64,000 nt of DNA from Cyanophora paradoxa CCMP329 (lineage: Eukaryota; Plantae; Glaucophyta), in contig QPMI01000557.1 in the NCBI GenBank assembly GCA_004431415.1, positions 24,313 to 88,312 of the forward strand. The letters are read 5' to 3'. A program made the position numbers and the translations under genes. Shown in pieces: positions 1 through 12,690 of this stretch (its first letter is position 1; each line of letters opens with the position of its first letter). Under the pieces are notes generated by a model, which did not search any database, was not told where the DNA came from, and worked only from the letters and a program-made list of their open reading frames with translations.

Positions 1-203
1 GACCCCAGAAGCGAGTCCCAATGTTCCTCGACGTATTTATATACGTCCTGCTTGCGCGTCGTTGCCTTCTTGCTCGCTTTCAGCAACGCGCGGATCGCCG
101 TCTGCACAGCGCTCGCCCTGCCGCGCGGGCCGCTGCTCAGCTAGCGAGCTGCAGCAGCGAGCCGCGGTAGAGCGTACCAATCGAGCTCTTCGTGGGGCGC
201 CAT
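1..203 (-). CDS. 5' end of a host gene running off the window; N-terminus resembles an Ash2/Polycomb-like winged-helix motif
   Basis: ATG at 203; splicing a GT-AG intron (~118-177) gives MAPHEELDW-ASAVQTAIRALLKASKKATTRKQDVYKYVEEHWDSLLG, open to the window edge. The family resemblance is a weak inference. Confidence 0.45.
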
Positions 204-1258
204 CTGGTTGATAAGCAACGTCCGACGCGAGCGCGGCAAGTCTCGAAATCGTCTACCCCCGCCGCGCCAGCTCTAGCCGCGAGTCCGAGGGAGTCTAGCC
301 GCCGTTAATCGGCCTTGGGGAAAGGAGAGGCCCTTAGGTCTGTGCGTATCTTGTGGCAAACTTCAAATTGATTTTATAGACAAAATTTTTAGACCTAGGT
401 ACCCATTTTCGACCCTAGGGAGCACGATGGCGGCGCTACTTTTCAAATGCGACACCTCTAACAAGCACTAACAGCACGTCGAGAAGCGTCGAAAAGCATT
501 TTCCCGGAAAAAAACTCAAAGCGCAAATCACATTGGCCTTCCAAGTCGAAATTTGAAAATTATTAATTTCAAGAGACCGCATCCCATTCGCTAGGAATTA
601 GTGTCCAAATTAACGGGGCGCCACGATGTCGGCCTGCAAATTTGTATGAGACAGGGTCGCAGTGTGCCACGATGTGGGATTTAAAAGTATTTGATGCGTT
701 GATTGAAAGATATTTGAAATAAACAATTTAGACAGAGCCTTATTACTGCGAATTACATTCAAATGATTCATAGATAATTATTAACCACCTCCAAAAAGCG
801 CCGAAAGTCGTTTCCATTCAGCTGAACTTCGGAAACGACCAATGGGCCCCTCGGGGCCTGTGCTCGGTACAACTGCGGCCGATTGGGCCCCGCATCGATC
901 TCTGTACCCTTGCGGCACAATTCTGTACCCTCTTTACTTGAGTGTGTACCCTTGCCGAGTGGACCCCCCTGTTTCTCCTCCCCCCTCCCCCGTAACCGCG
1001 CGCGGTTGCGGGCCCCCGTTTAAAAACAAAGAGCTCCCACCCTCACGCCTTGAATTCGAAGCCCCAAGACCCAAGGCCACTCCTGCTCCGCAGGGACTCG
1101 CTTGTTAGCAGCCGGAGCCCAGTCGGACCGGCACAATCCGAGCGCTTGCGCATGCTGCTCATTTACTGTTGTTTGCGAGCGTGCTGCGTCTTCATTTGTA
1201 CTTGTATCTGAAACTGACCTCACCTGACCTGACCTGCCTGCCTGAGCCTGCACCCTTC

Positions 1259-4200
1259 CTACTGCTTTCCTACGCCGGATCTTGTGTCTGCCGCTAGCCG
1301 AAGCGCGCCTCCCGCGCCGACTTCCCTCCCGCCGTCTCCGTCTTGGATTTCCTGCGGGGCCCGTGAGCGCCCCGCCCGTCGCCCCAGGGGCGGGAGCGCA
1401 GCACGGGCGCACATCCGGGAGGCCTTGTGGCCCGCGCCGGATGGCGGCGCGCTGGCGACGGCGGCGGCGGATGCTGCGGTGTCGCGCGGGGCGGAGGCGT
1501 GGGGCGCGTCGAGGGCGCGCAGCTGGTCCTCGAGCTCGCCGAGGCGTATGCCGACGCGCGTGCGGCGCTTGCGCTCCGCCTCCTCCTCCTCCTCGTCACG
1601 GCGCGGGGCCTGGCGGGCGGGCGGCGTGGGCGGGGCGGGGCAGGGCCCCCGCGGCGGGGCGGGGCGGACGGGCTCGGCGGCCTCGAAGGTCTTGCGTATG
1701 ATCTTGTCGAAGCCGATCGCCTGCTTCGCCAGGCTCTTCGGCTTCAGCGGCGGGTGCAGAATCTGCGCCCCTGTCACCACGCCCCCCGCCGCCCCCGCAG
1801 CAAGCGCGCGGCAGCACGTGGTAGGGCGTGAACTGCGTCGGGGTGGGGGGTGAGGGGCCGGGGCGGGTGGGGTGCGGGGCGCGGCCGCACGGCGGGGTCG
1901 CTGTCGGGCTCGGCGACGCTGACGGTGCTCGCGATGGTCGTCAGCGTCGCCGCGCTCGCCGCCGGCGACTTCAGCGAGGAGGTCTCCCCCGCGCCCCGCC
2001 CCGCCGGCACCTCTGCCCGCCCTCAGCGCGGCGCCGGCGCGGGGCCGGGGCGGAGGCCGGGGGCGCGCCGGGGTGGTCGGTGTCGTTCCAGACGCGGATG
2101 GTGCGGTCCCATGAGCAGGAGAGGTACTGGCGCCGCTCGGGGACGTGCACGATGGCGCGGACGGCGTCGGCGTGCCCGGTGTGGATCTGGAGCGCCTCGC
2201 CGGCCACGGGGTCGTACAGGCGGATGTTGAAGTCCTGACTCGAGGCGGCGAGCACGTAGCCGCGGCGGAGGTCGATCCCCAGCGCGTTCACTCCGCCCCC
2301 GCGCGATTTCATCAGCTGCAGCATCGCCCCGCTCTTCGCGTGCCACGTCCGCACTGTCTCGTCCTCCGAGCCCGTCACCTGCGCCCCGCCCTCACGCCCG
2401 CCCCGCGCCCCCGCCCGCCCCCCGCACCCACACGTGGTGCACGGGGTTCCACTTGATGCACCTGCCGGCGGCTCGCGCGGGGCGGGGAGGCGGGGGCGGG
2501 GCGCGGGGGGCGCACGTGACGTCAGCGGTGTGGCCGGTGAGGACGAGGAGGGCCTGCCCCGAGTCGAAGTCCCAGACCTGCACGCCCCCGCTCGCCAAGT
2601 GGCGGCGCGGCTCGGGGCGGCGCCGGCGCCCGCCTTGGCGAGCTTGTCGGCGGAGGAGGTGCCGATCTCGTCGCCGTCGGGGCTGTAGTCGACGCCCGTG
2701 ATGAGGTCCGTGTGCGCCTTGGCGATGACGTGCGCCGCCGTCCCCGTCACCAGGTCCCAGTACCGGATCGACATGTCCCACGAGACCGAGACCTGGGGCG
2801 CGTGAGGGGCGCGCGGCGGCGGCTCGGGGCGCGGCCCCCGGCGCACGACGATGTCCTCGACGACGACGAGGCCCACAATGCGGTCGCTGTGGCCCTCCGT
2901 TGCCTCCCCGGACCCCGCCGCCGCCCCCGCCGGCCCGCGACCCCCCCCGGGGGTGGGCCCGGCGGGGCGCGCCTGGGTGCGGAAGATGAACTTTGGGGTG
3001 TCGGACATGTCCATCTGCAGGCTCCCGCTCGCCGTCGTCCACACGCCTGCGGACGCTGGGGCCGGCGGGGCGGCGCGGGGCCGCGGGGGCGCGGGGCGCA
3101 CGGATGGTGCAGTCGTCCGAGGCGGTGACGAGGGTGCCGGAGCGCTTGACGGGGAGGCCCGAGGGGGTCCCCGGCGACCCCAGGTCCTCGCTGTTGGTCA
3201 CGAACGTCCCGTCCCGCTCCACTGCCGCCCGCCCCTCCTCCTCCCTGTACTCCCGGAACGCCATGCAGAGGACGGACCCGGCGTGCTGCGGCCCGTTGGC
3301 CCCACCCTGCCCCCCGCCCCGCCGCCCCCGCGCACCTGCGTCTTGATGACCTCCTGGCTGGGGGAGAGTGAGGCGGGGGGCGGAAGGGGGGCGGGGCGGG
3401 GCGGGGGCACCAGGAGTAGAGGTCGGTGGTGACCTGGGAGGAGGCCTCCCAGCGGCGGACGCTCCCGTCGGCGGAGGCGCTGTAGACGGACGAGCCGTAG
3501 GCGACGCACAGCGACTCCACCCACTCCTCGCCGCCCCGCACGATCCGCTTCGCCCCGCACCCGTTGAACTGCGCCGCCCCGTCGCCCCCCGCCCCGCCTG
3601 CGCGCCGCCGGCCGGGGCACCTTCCAGAGGACGAGGTGGCGCCCGGAGGTGGTGCCGACGACTTCCTGCGGGGGGCTCGCGGGGGCGGGGGCGGGGGCCG
3701 GCGGGGCGCGGGGGGCGCCTGGGTGTCGGGGAAGGGGAAGAAGGCGAGGTAGGCGGCGTCGCCGCACTCGGGCGGGGCCAGCGAGGGCACGAACTCCGTC
3801 ACGTTCATCCCCGTCCGCGGGTCGTACACCGCCGGCTCCGGCGAGCTGCCCCGTCTCACGCCCCCGCCCCCGTCCCCGCCCCCGCGCCCCCGCGCACCTC
3901 GCGGCGATGAGCAGCTGGCGGGTGGCCGGCACGTAGCAGACCCCCGTGATCGCCTCGCTGCCGGCCCCTCAGCGCCGGCAGCCGGGTGGCGCGGCGGGGC
4001 GCGAGCGCACCTGAAGCCCTCGAACTTCTGCAGGGCCTTGCCGTCCTGGGACCAGATCTGGGGGCGGGTGAGGGGGGTGCGGGAGGGGTGGGGGCGGGGG
4101 GCGGGGCGGGCCTTGGCGGAGCCGTCGAAGGAGCCGGTGATGAGCCAGTTGTTGACGTTGTCGAAGGCCACGCACGAGATCGCCCCGTCGTGCGCCCGCA

Positions 4201-5317
4201 TGATCGTCGTGTACTGCCGCCCCCGTCACCCCCGCCCACTCCGCCCCATCCCCCCCCCCCCATCCCCCCCCTCCCCCCCCTCCCCCCCCCTCCCCCCCCC
4301 CCCCCCCCCCCCCCCCCCGCCGCCCCATTCCGCCCCGCCCTGTTCCGCCCGGCGCCACACCTTCCGTGGGTTCTCGGAGTCGTAGATGCAGACGGTGCCG
4401 TCGTAGCTGGCGAGGGCAGTGTGGGCGAGGCGGGGCGGGCAGCGAGGCGGGCGCACCCGCCCGAGTAGATCTTGCCGTGGTCGCTACACACGATGCTCCG
4501 GATGAGATCCTGCGGTGCGCCGGCGTGAGGGCCGGGGCGGGGGCGGGGACGGGCGCCGGGCCTTGTGGGACTTGAGGGTGTGGAGGAGCTTGAGGGGGAT
4601 CTTCTCCTGGGTCGACTTGACTACCAGGTTCCCCTCCTCCTCAATGCTGTACACCCGCATTTCCTTGTTGAAGCCTGCCGCCCCGCCCTCAGCCCCGCCC
4701 GCCCCGCGCGCCACTCCCCCCCACCTGCTATCAGATAGTTCTTCTTGTGCTCCAGCGCGAGACAGTAGATCGGCTCGTTGATCTGCGCGCGCAAAGATTC
4801 GGGCCGCGCAGAAAGCCGGCGCGGGCGTCCCGCGCACCTTCTCCGTCCATGTCACCTCGCACTTGTTATTCCACACCTTGATCTTCCCATCAACGGAGCT
4901 CGAGAAGAGCAGCCGGTTCAGCGTGCTTCGCTCAGCTGTCAGCGTCCGGGGAGCCGCAAACATCGAAGGGGATGCGCACCTGTAGATCAAGCCAGTGACC
5001 CAGCCGGAATGCTCATGCAGCGTTCGTAGAAACTCCCCGGTCTCGCTGTGCCAGACCTTGATGCGAGAGTCTGGCGGAGATGGGTGAGCCGGGTCAAGAA
5101 TACGGGCGATGCACGCGAGCGCAGCGCCGCAAGCGTTAGCTATGGGGCACTTAAGCGCAGCCAGCGCCTCTCGACACACGCCCGGCGCTTGCAGAGCCCG
5201 GGGCACGCCCTAACCTGCCAGTCCGGTGTAAAGTTCACGCCGGAACGGGTTGATGGCGACAGAGAGGATGTTCGAATCGGCTGCTTCGTGCAGCACCCTC
5301 CTTACTTCTAAGCTCAT
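1259..5317 (-). CDS. Multi-exon WD40-repeat protein
   Basis: ATG at 5317 (MSLEVRRVLHEA...). Many WD repeats across exons: IKVWHSETGEFLRTLHEHSGWVTGL, AHDGAISCVAFDNVNNWLITGSFDG, AHTDLITGVDYSPDG, GHADAVRAIVHVPERRQYLSCSWDRTIRVW. The 3' end is approximate. Confidence 0.8.
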
Positions 5318-5622
5318 CGTTAGCTAACTTACAACAGAGGCCGACGACCTGCGGCCTAGAAGCTACTCGGATTCCAGGGTCCAATTGGTTTCGTCGGCCT
5401 AGCGCAATGAATTGGCAGGCCGCAGGGGGAGCTGCAGCGCCGCGCGGAGCGAAAGCCAGCTGCGGGCCTGCGGCTGAGCTGCCAGCTGTCGGGGTACGCA
5501 AACGTGCGAAGCCAGAACCAGCCACCACTGGAGGCCAGGCACTCACTAGACGCAGACGCGCAAGCCCACGCACAAAACGACGACAGGAGGACGTGCAGCC
5601 CTAAGCGGGCAGCTGCTGCGAA

Positions 5623-7374
5623 ATGGCGTCCCCAAGCGCGACGATGAGCGGGGCCCAATCCGTTCTCATGCAAGAGTACGTGAGCAAGTTGAACAGCAAG
5701 AAGTGAGCCGCCCTTGGCGCGCCTCTGCGCTCTCCTAGCTAGAGCTGCGACTAGCGTGCGCCGAGCTGCGCTCGGCCGCGAGGTCGCCTGGCCGCCATCT
5801 GGAGGAAGGCGTTTTGTATGCTGCACGCTGGGCCGGAGGCAGCTTGCTAGCTGGAGAGGATTGGACGATCTGACACCGCGCTTCGCAGGAACCTCCCACG
5901 ATACCTGAACATGGACAACGTATCGCCAGCGACGAGGCTTTTGGAGAAGAGGAGGCAGATGTTTGAAGTGCAGGAGGCGTTGGAGGCGCAGAAGGAGGAG
6001 TTCGCGAGGAGAGAAGAGCTGTTCAAGCGAAGGGAAGAAGCGCTCAAGAAGAAGGACCTTGAGCTGCAGGAATCCCTTATCAAGTTCAGCAAGTTCCTGC
6101 AGGCGAGCCCGCCGCGCGTCGCCGCCGGGAGCGGGGCTGGTGGCGCCTCGTCTCCCCTGGTTTGATTCTGACGACCTGCGCCGTACGCGCGTGCAGGAGA
6201 ACGACGCTAAGCGGCAAAGAGCGGAGAAGAAGGTAGGCGAGGCGCGGCGGAGGGGCCGGGGCGCGCGCTGAGGGTGTGAGCAGGCGGCGGACGAGGTGGC
6301 GCTGCGTGTGAAGCGCGAAGGGGAGATCGCGAAGCTGCGAGCGGAGCTCGAGAAGCTGAAGAAGGACAAGCAGACGAGTTACACGATGCTGGGCAAGGGT
6401 GCGCGCGGGTTGATAGCGTGGCGGGGCGGGGGCGGGGGTGGGGAGCGAGGGGTCGGGGCTGGCAGGGATGAACTACCAGAAGTTCCTGGAGAGCGTGCTG
6501 GAGGTGACGGAGGAGTACCCCGAGATCAACGACCTGCTCATGCGCTACGCCACCCTTGAGGCCACGAACCGCGACCTCGTCGATAAGGCCCGCCGCCCCG
6601 CGCGCCGCGCCGCGGGCGGGCGGCTGAGGGGCGCGCAGGCGGCGAAGAGCGCGATGGAGATGGAGAACCACAGGAAGATGCTCTCGGACTTCGTCAAGGA
6701 GAAGATGAACGAGATCCTGGGGTACAACAACGACATCGCGGCGCTGCAGAAGGAGCTGGAGCGGCGGACGCTGGAGGCGCAGAACCTGCAGGCCAAGCTC
6801 GACCAGGACGTGCAGGAGCACGCCAAGAAGACCACCGAGCTCGGCCAGATCCGCATGTGCGCCGCCCGCTCCGCGCCCCCGCCTCGCGCCCCGCCTCTCA
6901 GGCGGCGGCAGGGCGTGCGAGAACATCTTCCAGCGCGTCTTCTCCCGCAAGGGCCCCAACTCGCGCATGCCGCCCCTCGAGGGCAGCACCGAGGAGCGCA
7001 TCCTCGGCCAGCTCAAGGTCAGCGCTGCCCCACCCCGCCCCGCCCCACTTTCTCCGAACCCCTGGCGCAGCACATCGGAGAGAAGATGGACGACTACTGG
7101 AGCATCGTCAAGGGGGTCCGTCGACGCCGCCGCCCCCGCCCCCCCCCCCCCCCCCCCTCGTCTCCCCGCCGCCGCCCATGACGCGCCCCTGCAGGCCTCA
7201 AAGGAGTCTCACAAGGGCGCTGCCGCAGCGGCCTCCGCCAGCGCAGGCGTGCCGGCCGCAGCCGTAGGGGGAGGCACTGTGGGGGGCGGGGCGAGCCAGC
7301 GCAACGCAGAGCCCGCCACCCGCGCCGGCCCAGGAGCCTACTACGGAGGCAGCAACTCCGTTGTAGCTCGATAG
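5623..7374 (+). CDS. CFAP73: CFAP73/CCDC42-family (DUF4200) cilia/flagella coiled-coil protein, multi-exon
   Basis: Spliced peptide SPATRLLEKRRQMFEVQEALEAQKEEFARREELFKRREEALKKKDLELQESLIKFSKFLQ|ENDAKRQRAEKK and YQKFLESVLEVTEEYPEINDLLMRYATLEATN match the family pattern. Confidence 0.85.
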
Positions 7375-7444
7375 CTACGGCGACCCGCAGCGAGATGTCG
7401 GACATTCACCACAGTTTCTGACACTGCTCTAGTGTTTCCCCCTA

Positions 7445-7616
7445 AGGGTCCGGCACCCCCCGGGTTCCAGCACGTAGCGTGTAGCTACCGTGTGAAGAGC
7501 AGCTCCGTAGGGTCCGGCACCCCCCGGGTTCCAGCACGTAGCGTGTAGCTACCGTGTGAAGAGCAGCTCCGTAGTCCCCCCCCCCCCCCACAGTGCTGCT
7601 CTTCACACGGTAGCTA
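7445..7616. repeat. Two tandem 64-bp direct repeats followed by a 22-bp inverted copy across a poly-C spacer
   Basis: agggtccggcacccccc...gagcagctccgt starts at 7445 and 7509; gctgctcttcacacggtagcta (7595-7616) is the reverse complement of part of the unit. Confidence 0.85.
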
Positions 7617-7866
7617 AGTCCCAAGTTCTTGATCCCACCCCTCCATCACGTCTTACGCCCCTGTCCGATCTTTCTCGACGCTTTAGTCCTTGAATAAAGC
7701 AGAGAACTGTGTCCTTTGGCGCGAGGATCGACCTCTAGCAGCTGCGATTCGTCTTCGAGAACTGTGGGGCGCCATACTATGATACGTTGGTAGGGGGCAT
7801 CTGGGTCCGGAAGCGTGACGGGATGGAGATGGGTGAGCGGAAAGGGAGGGAATAAGAGGCTACAGG

Positions 7867-8395
7867 CTACTTCTTCTTGGGCCTCTTCTCGTTCTCGTCG
7901 GGCGGCACGTAGTTGGGATCGGGCGGAGTCCACGTCGCCGTGTGCCGGTATAGAGGGAAGAGTGTGCTGTCCTGCACCATCGCAGCTTTTCGGAGATCCG
8001 ACGGGAGCGCCCGAATCGCTGACTGCTTGCAGCGCAGCATCCTGTTCATCGCGCCCATCTGCCGATTGTGCTCGAGCAGCATCTCCCGGCTGTACCGCTT
8101 CGCCAGCGCCATGTTCGCTGCAAGCTCCTCGGGGCTTCGCTTTGGAAGCGGATCCTGTGGAAACTGATAGAACTTGAGCCAAACCTGCGGGGCCGCGAGT
8201 GTCATGCGAGCTGCGGAGGGCTTCGCGGCCGGGCGCGAGCGAGCGTTTGGGACGACGGCCGCAATGACGCACCTCCGTCTTCCAATCGCGTTTCGGCCCC
8301 TCCTTAGCCGAGCGGCGAACCGCCGTTCCCTCCGCTTCCTTTGCGAGGCGCATCGGCATGGCGCCGCGCGCGAGGCCGGCGCTTCGCCGCAGCAT
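7867..8395 (-). CDS. MRPL40: Mitochondrial ribosomal protein mL40 (MRP-L28 family), two exons
   Basis: Arg-rich presequence MLRRSAGLARG; core YSREMLLEHNRQMGAMNRMLRCKQSAIRALPSDLRKAAMVQDSTLFPLYRHTATWTPP. Confidence 0.7.
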
Positions 8396-8923
8396 CGCTT
8401 TCCTTAGCTTGCCTGCAAGACGGCTCCGCCGCTGTGCCGCTCTGGAGCGATTTCTGTTAATGCCGTGAACGAAGTGTGCTCTACCCTGCGCCTTCGTTCG
8501 CTGCGGTTTAGGTTCGCCGCGCCTCCGGTTCGTATTCCGCCAGGGGGATCGCGCCCCCCTTCCAAGTTCAGATGGCCCTAGGCCTGCTGCGCATGCGCAT
8601 TCCCGGCCGCAGTGCCTTGCCCAGCCGTAGGTCACCGTTGTCGACGCAGTGCGTTGTCGACGTCCGCAGTTCAACGGTTAGTATGCCCGTGTTTTTAATG
8701 TGCAATATTGATGCCCATGCTCAGCTCGCCTCGCTAGCTCCATTGAACCATGCTCAGCGGCTGTAGTCTCCGGATCCCCACTGCCAGCTACATTGACCAT
8801 GATCGTCCAACGGTCAAGAGGGCCTCCGCGGCCGAGCCCTGGGGATTCGCAGAACTGCGGGCGGTGCAGTGCGCATGCGCAGAGCCTAAGAGGCGGCAGC
8901 TAGGTCAGGCGCGCGAGCTGCGG

Positions 8924-11900
8924 TCAGCCCTCCTCGTCCTCCTCGGCGTTCTTCAGCCAGTCAAGGAAATCCTCCGTCTGGTGGGGCGTCAGCAGGGCTG
9001 AGAGGGCGGGCCTTGGCGGGCGGGCCTTCTTGAGGTAGGCGGCGCTCTGAGCGTCGCCTGCCTCGGCCATCTTGGTGGTGATGGCCACCCACTTGTCCAG
9101 CGCCTTCTCCGTGAAGACCTCGGCGTCGTAGAAGAGCTGCCGGGCGGGCGTCACGCGGGGCGGGGCGGGGCGGGGAGGGGCGGGGTGGGGCGGGGCGGGG
9201 CGGGGCGGGGCGGGGCGGGGGCGCCTTGACGAGCATGCTGTAGGCCTTGTCGGAGAGGGCGCTGAAGAGGGCGCTGCCGGCGCAGAAGGCGACCAGAGCC
9301 TTGACGCACTCCACGCGGTCCCCCACCGTCCGGATGTACTTGTTTGGCAGCTCCGCGAAACCCTCCAGCATCTGCCCCGCCTCAGCGCCGCCGCGGCGCG
9401 CAGGCACGGCGGGGCGGGAGGCAGGCGGGGGCGTGCCGTCTCGACGGCCTTGAGGAGGAGCTTGGGCTTGTCGGGGGAGACGCCGGGGAGGCGCTCCATG
9501 GCCTCGAGCATGCCGGCGACGATGTTCGTCGCGCAGTCCACCGCCTCCGCGTTGAACGAGAACTTGAGCCCGTTCACCTGCCCGCGCGCGCGCGCCGTCT
9601 GCCGCCACCGGTGCCGCGAGGGGCGGGGCGGCGCGCCTCGAGGATCGTGTTGTCGACGCGGTGCCGCTCGACGATGCCGCGCACCACCGTCGCCCGCACC
9701 TCGCTCCCGAACCCTGCCGACGCCTGGGTGGCGCTGCGGGGCGGGGGCGGGGGCGGGGGCCGGGGCGGGGCGGACGGGCGATGGGGTCCTCCTCCTCCTC
9801 GTCGTTGTCGTCGCCGGCCTCGTCGGCGCCCTCGTCGTCGCTCCCGCCGCTCTCGCTCGTGCTCTCCTCCGCGCTCGCGGCCGACCCGGGGCGGCGCCGG
9901 CGCGAGGGCCCCGCCTCCCCCGCCAGCACCGCCTCGAACCGCTCCACCTCCTCCTCGCCCGCTGCCCGCGCACCGCTCGCCGCCGGGCCCCGCCCGACGC
10001 CGCCCGGGGGCGCACCGAGGGCGTTGGCGGGGGAGGGCGAGTCGGCCTCGAGCGCCTCGAAGAGGAAGGCGTGCCCGCCGGGCCCCGCCGCGTCCGCCGC
10101 CGCCGCGGGGCCCGCATCGGGGCCCGCCTGCAGCTCGGGGGCGGCCCCCGCGGCCGGCGGCGACTTGCCGAACCCGTCCTCCTCCTCCTCCCCGAAGTCC
10201 TCCTCCTCCTCCTCCTCCTGCGCCGCGCGTCGCCGGGGCGCCGGGCGGGCCCTCGCGGGGCGCGCACGGCTCTCCGGGGCGTGGAGGTGAGCATGGCGTA
10301 GGGCTGCACGCGGTGCCCGGGCCCCACGACGACCTGCCCGCCCCGTCGCCCGCCGGCGCGGCGCCGGCGCGGGGCGGCGCGCCTTGAACGAGACGACGCT
10401 GCCCGGGGAGAGGACGCTGCCGGCACACAGGCGCGCCCCACTGCAGACGATGCAGTGCGAGAGGCGCACGCCGTCCTGCGCGGGGGCTCGGGGCGGGGCG
10501 CGGGGCGGGGCGCGCGGGGCGGGCCTCGATAACAGCGTCGTCCCAGACGAAGGCGTCCTCCATGAGCACGTCCGCCCCGATGTGCACGTTCCGGCCCACC
10601 ACCGACCGCCGCACCACCGTCCGCTCCCCGACCGCCGCCCCCCGCCCAAGCACCGTGTCCTCCCCCACCCGGCACGTTCTGGCCCGCCCCGCCCCTCACG
10701 CCGGCGCGGCGAGGCGGGGCGGGGCGGGGCGGGCGCACCGGGCGAGCTTGACGTCGGGGGCCTTGTAGACCCCGGGGCGCGTGTACGTGTACGTGTCTGC
10801 GGCGCGCGCTCGGTGGCGCAGAGGCCGCGGCGGGGTCTGCGCACCGGCCCCGTCCACGCTGAACTCGGGCGTGATTGGGTACACCCAGCGCCGCACAATG
10901 TGCGAGCTGCGCGCGTAAGGCGGGGCGGGCGGGCTGGGGCGGGCGGGCGGGACCTAATGGCGGCGTAGGAGCGGAGGTCCTTGACGCGGAGGGCGTACTC
11001 GCTGTGGAGGACGTGCGCGTGCACCTGCTCGCCCCGCACCTCCGCGTCCGCCTGCAGCACCGCCCGCAGGAAGTCCCGCTGCGCCCCGCCCTCACCGCCC
11101 CGCCACCAACGCCGCGCCCGGCCCCCGCACATGGATGTCCTGGTAGTCGAAGTTGTCCTGGAAGTTCACGAGGACCTGCGCGCCGTCGGCCCCGCCCGCC
11201 CCGCCCCACGCCGCCCCGCGCCCCGGGCGGGCGGCGCGCGCCTCGGGGGAGCAGACGTAGATATGGGAGTCGACGAGGTCCGTCCGCAGCGCCACGTCCG
11301 TGAACTCGCGGAGCACGTCAGCGCCCACCTGCGCCGGCCCCTCACGCCCGGCCCGCCCCCGCCCCCCGCGAGCCCCCGCCCCCCGCGATAGCGGCGCCGC
11401 ACCTTGACGTGCCGCGGGGGCCCCTTGCCCTCTTCCTCCTCGTCCACGTCGGAGAGCAGCTGCGGGGGGATCGGGAGGGGGGTCCGCGAGCCGGCCGGCG
11501 GGTCGGCAGACCTCGTAGCGGAGGACGCGGTTCGTGGCCGGCACGAGCGTCACGCACACGTCGTCCTCCCCCGCCGACCTGCCGCCCCCTGTGAGGCGTG
11601 CTGGAAGGCGGCGCGACGGCGCGGGGCACCGGGCGCCGCTGGTGGCGGGGAGCTTCTTGAGGATCATGGTCATGATGTTGGACTTGTCCTTCTCGCGGCG
11701 CGCCCTGGCGGGGGCCTCGGGGGCAGGGGGCGGGGCGGGACGGGGGCGCACTTGTGCTCGGCGACGACCTTGGCGACGTTGAGGTTGGTGATCACGTCGC
11801 CGAAGACGAGCACGAAGTCGCCCCGGATGAGGCTCTTCCCGTCGATCTCCCGCAGCGCGTCCCCGATGCTCTCGCACCCCTCCGCCACCACGATCTGCAC

Positions 11901-12426
11901 CGCCGGCGCCCCCGGCAGCTTCGACGACATCCACTTCGACGCCCTGCGCCGCCTCATCGCGCCGGCGCCGGAGCAGCCGCCGTCCGGCTCCGGGCGGCGC
12001 GCACCGCACGTGTTCCTCGACAAGCTTCGGGAACGCGCAGCAGAAAATGAATATCTCCTGCACTCCAGAAGCCGCCAGGAACTCCAGCGTGTAGTCTATC
12101 ATCGCGACATTCACGAGCGGCAGGAGCGTCTGCACGGGAGGCGGCGCGGTGCGTCAGGCACGTGCGAGTTGATGCGGTAGAGTGGTGCACGAGCCGGCGG
12201 AGGCCGGTGCAGCGCGCTCGAGGACCGCTCGCACCTTCGGCCGCTCGAACGTGATCGGCCTGAAGCGCCGGTTGAAGCTGTCCGCGAGAAGTACCGCCTG
12301 CAACGGAACACGCGCTGGAGTGAGCCGGCGCTCGCGCGGCATCGGGGTGGTGGCCCGCACCTGCAGCACATCCTCGCGCTTGATATCCGTCAGGTCTCCT
12401 CCCCGCGATTTGCTTTTCTTGCTCAT
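8924..12426 (-). CDS. EIF2B5: Translation initiation factor eIF2B epsilon subunit, multi-exon
   Basis: [23 protein letters not shown]|[23 protein letters not shown]; [25 protein letters not shown]; FQDNFDYQD; RRWVYPITP; hexapeptide repeats; W2 domain NGLKFSFN ... [14 protein letters not shown]. Confidence 0.93.
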
Positions 12427-12690
12427 CGCAGCAGCGGTAGGATGCGCCCGGTGCGCCGGTGCGTGTGCGCCGGGCGCGCCGGTGCGCCGGGTGCGGTGCG
12501 GGAGGGGTAGTGCAATTCTGTCGAGCTTGCACGGCGGTTCCACGTACAGATCGCGGACGACGAGCTGGAACTTGCCGCGCACTTCGAGAGCTTTGAGCGA
12601 GTTCCTATCGGCTTCCCGGACCGTGCATTGACCATCGCATTGCGGCACATATACAGCACGCCTGACTCGTTCGCAGTAGCACCTTTAAGA

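Noticed and set aside
4249-4320. Long poly-C runs (also ~7140, ~24130-24180, ~27020-27065)
   Set aside because: Intronic low-complexity runs whose lengths are unreliable in assemblies.
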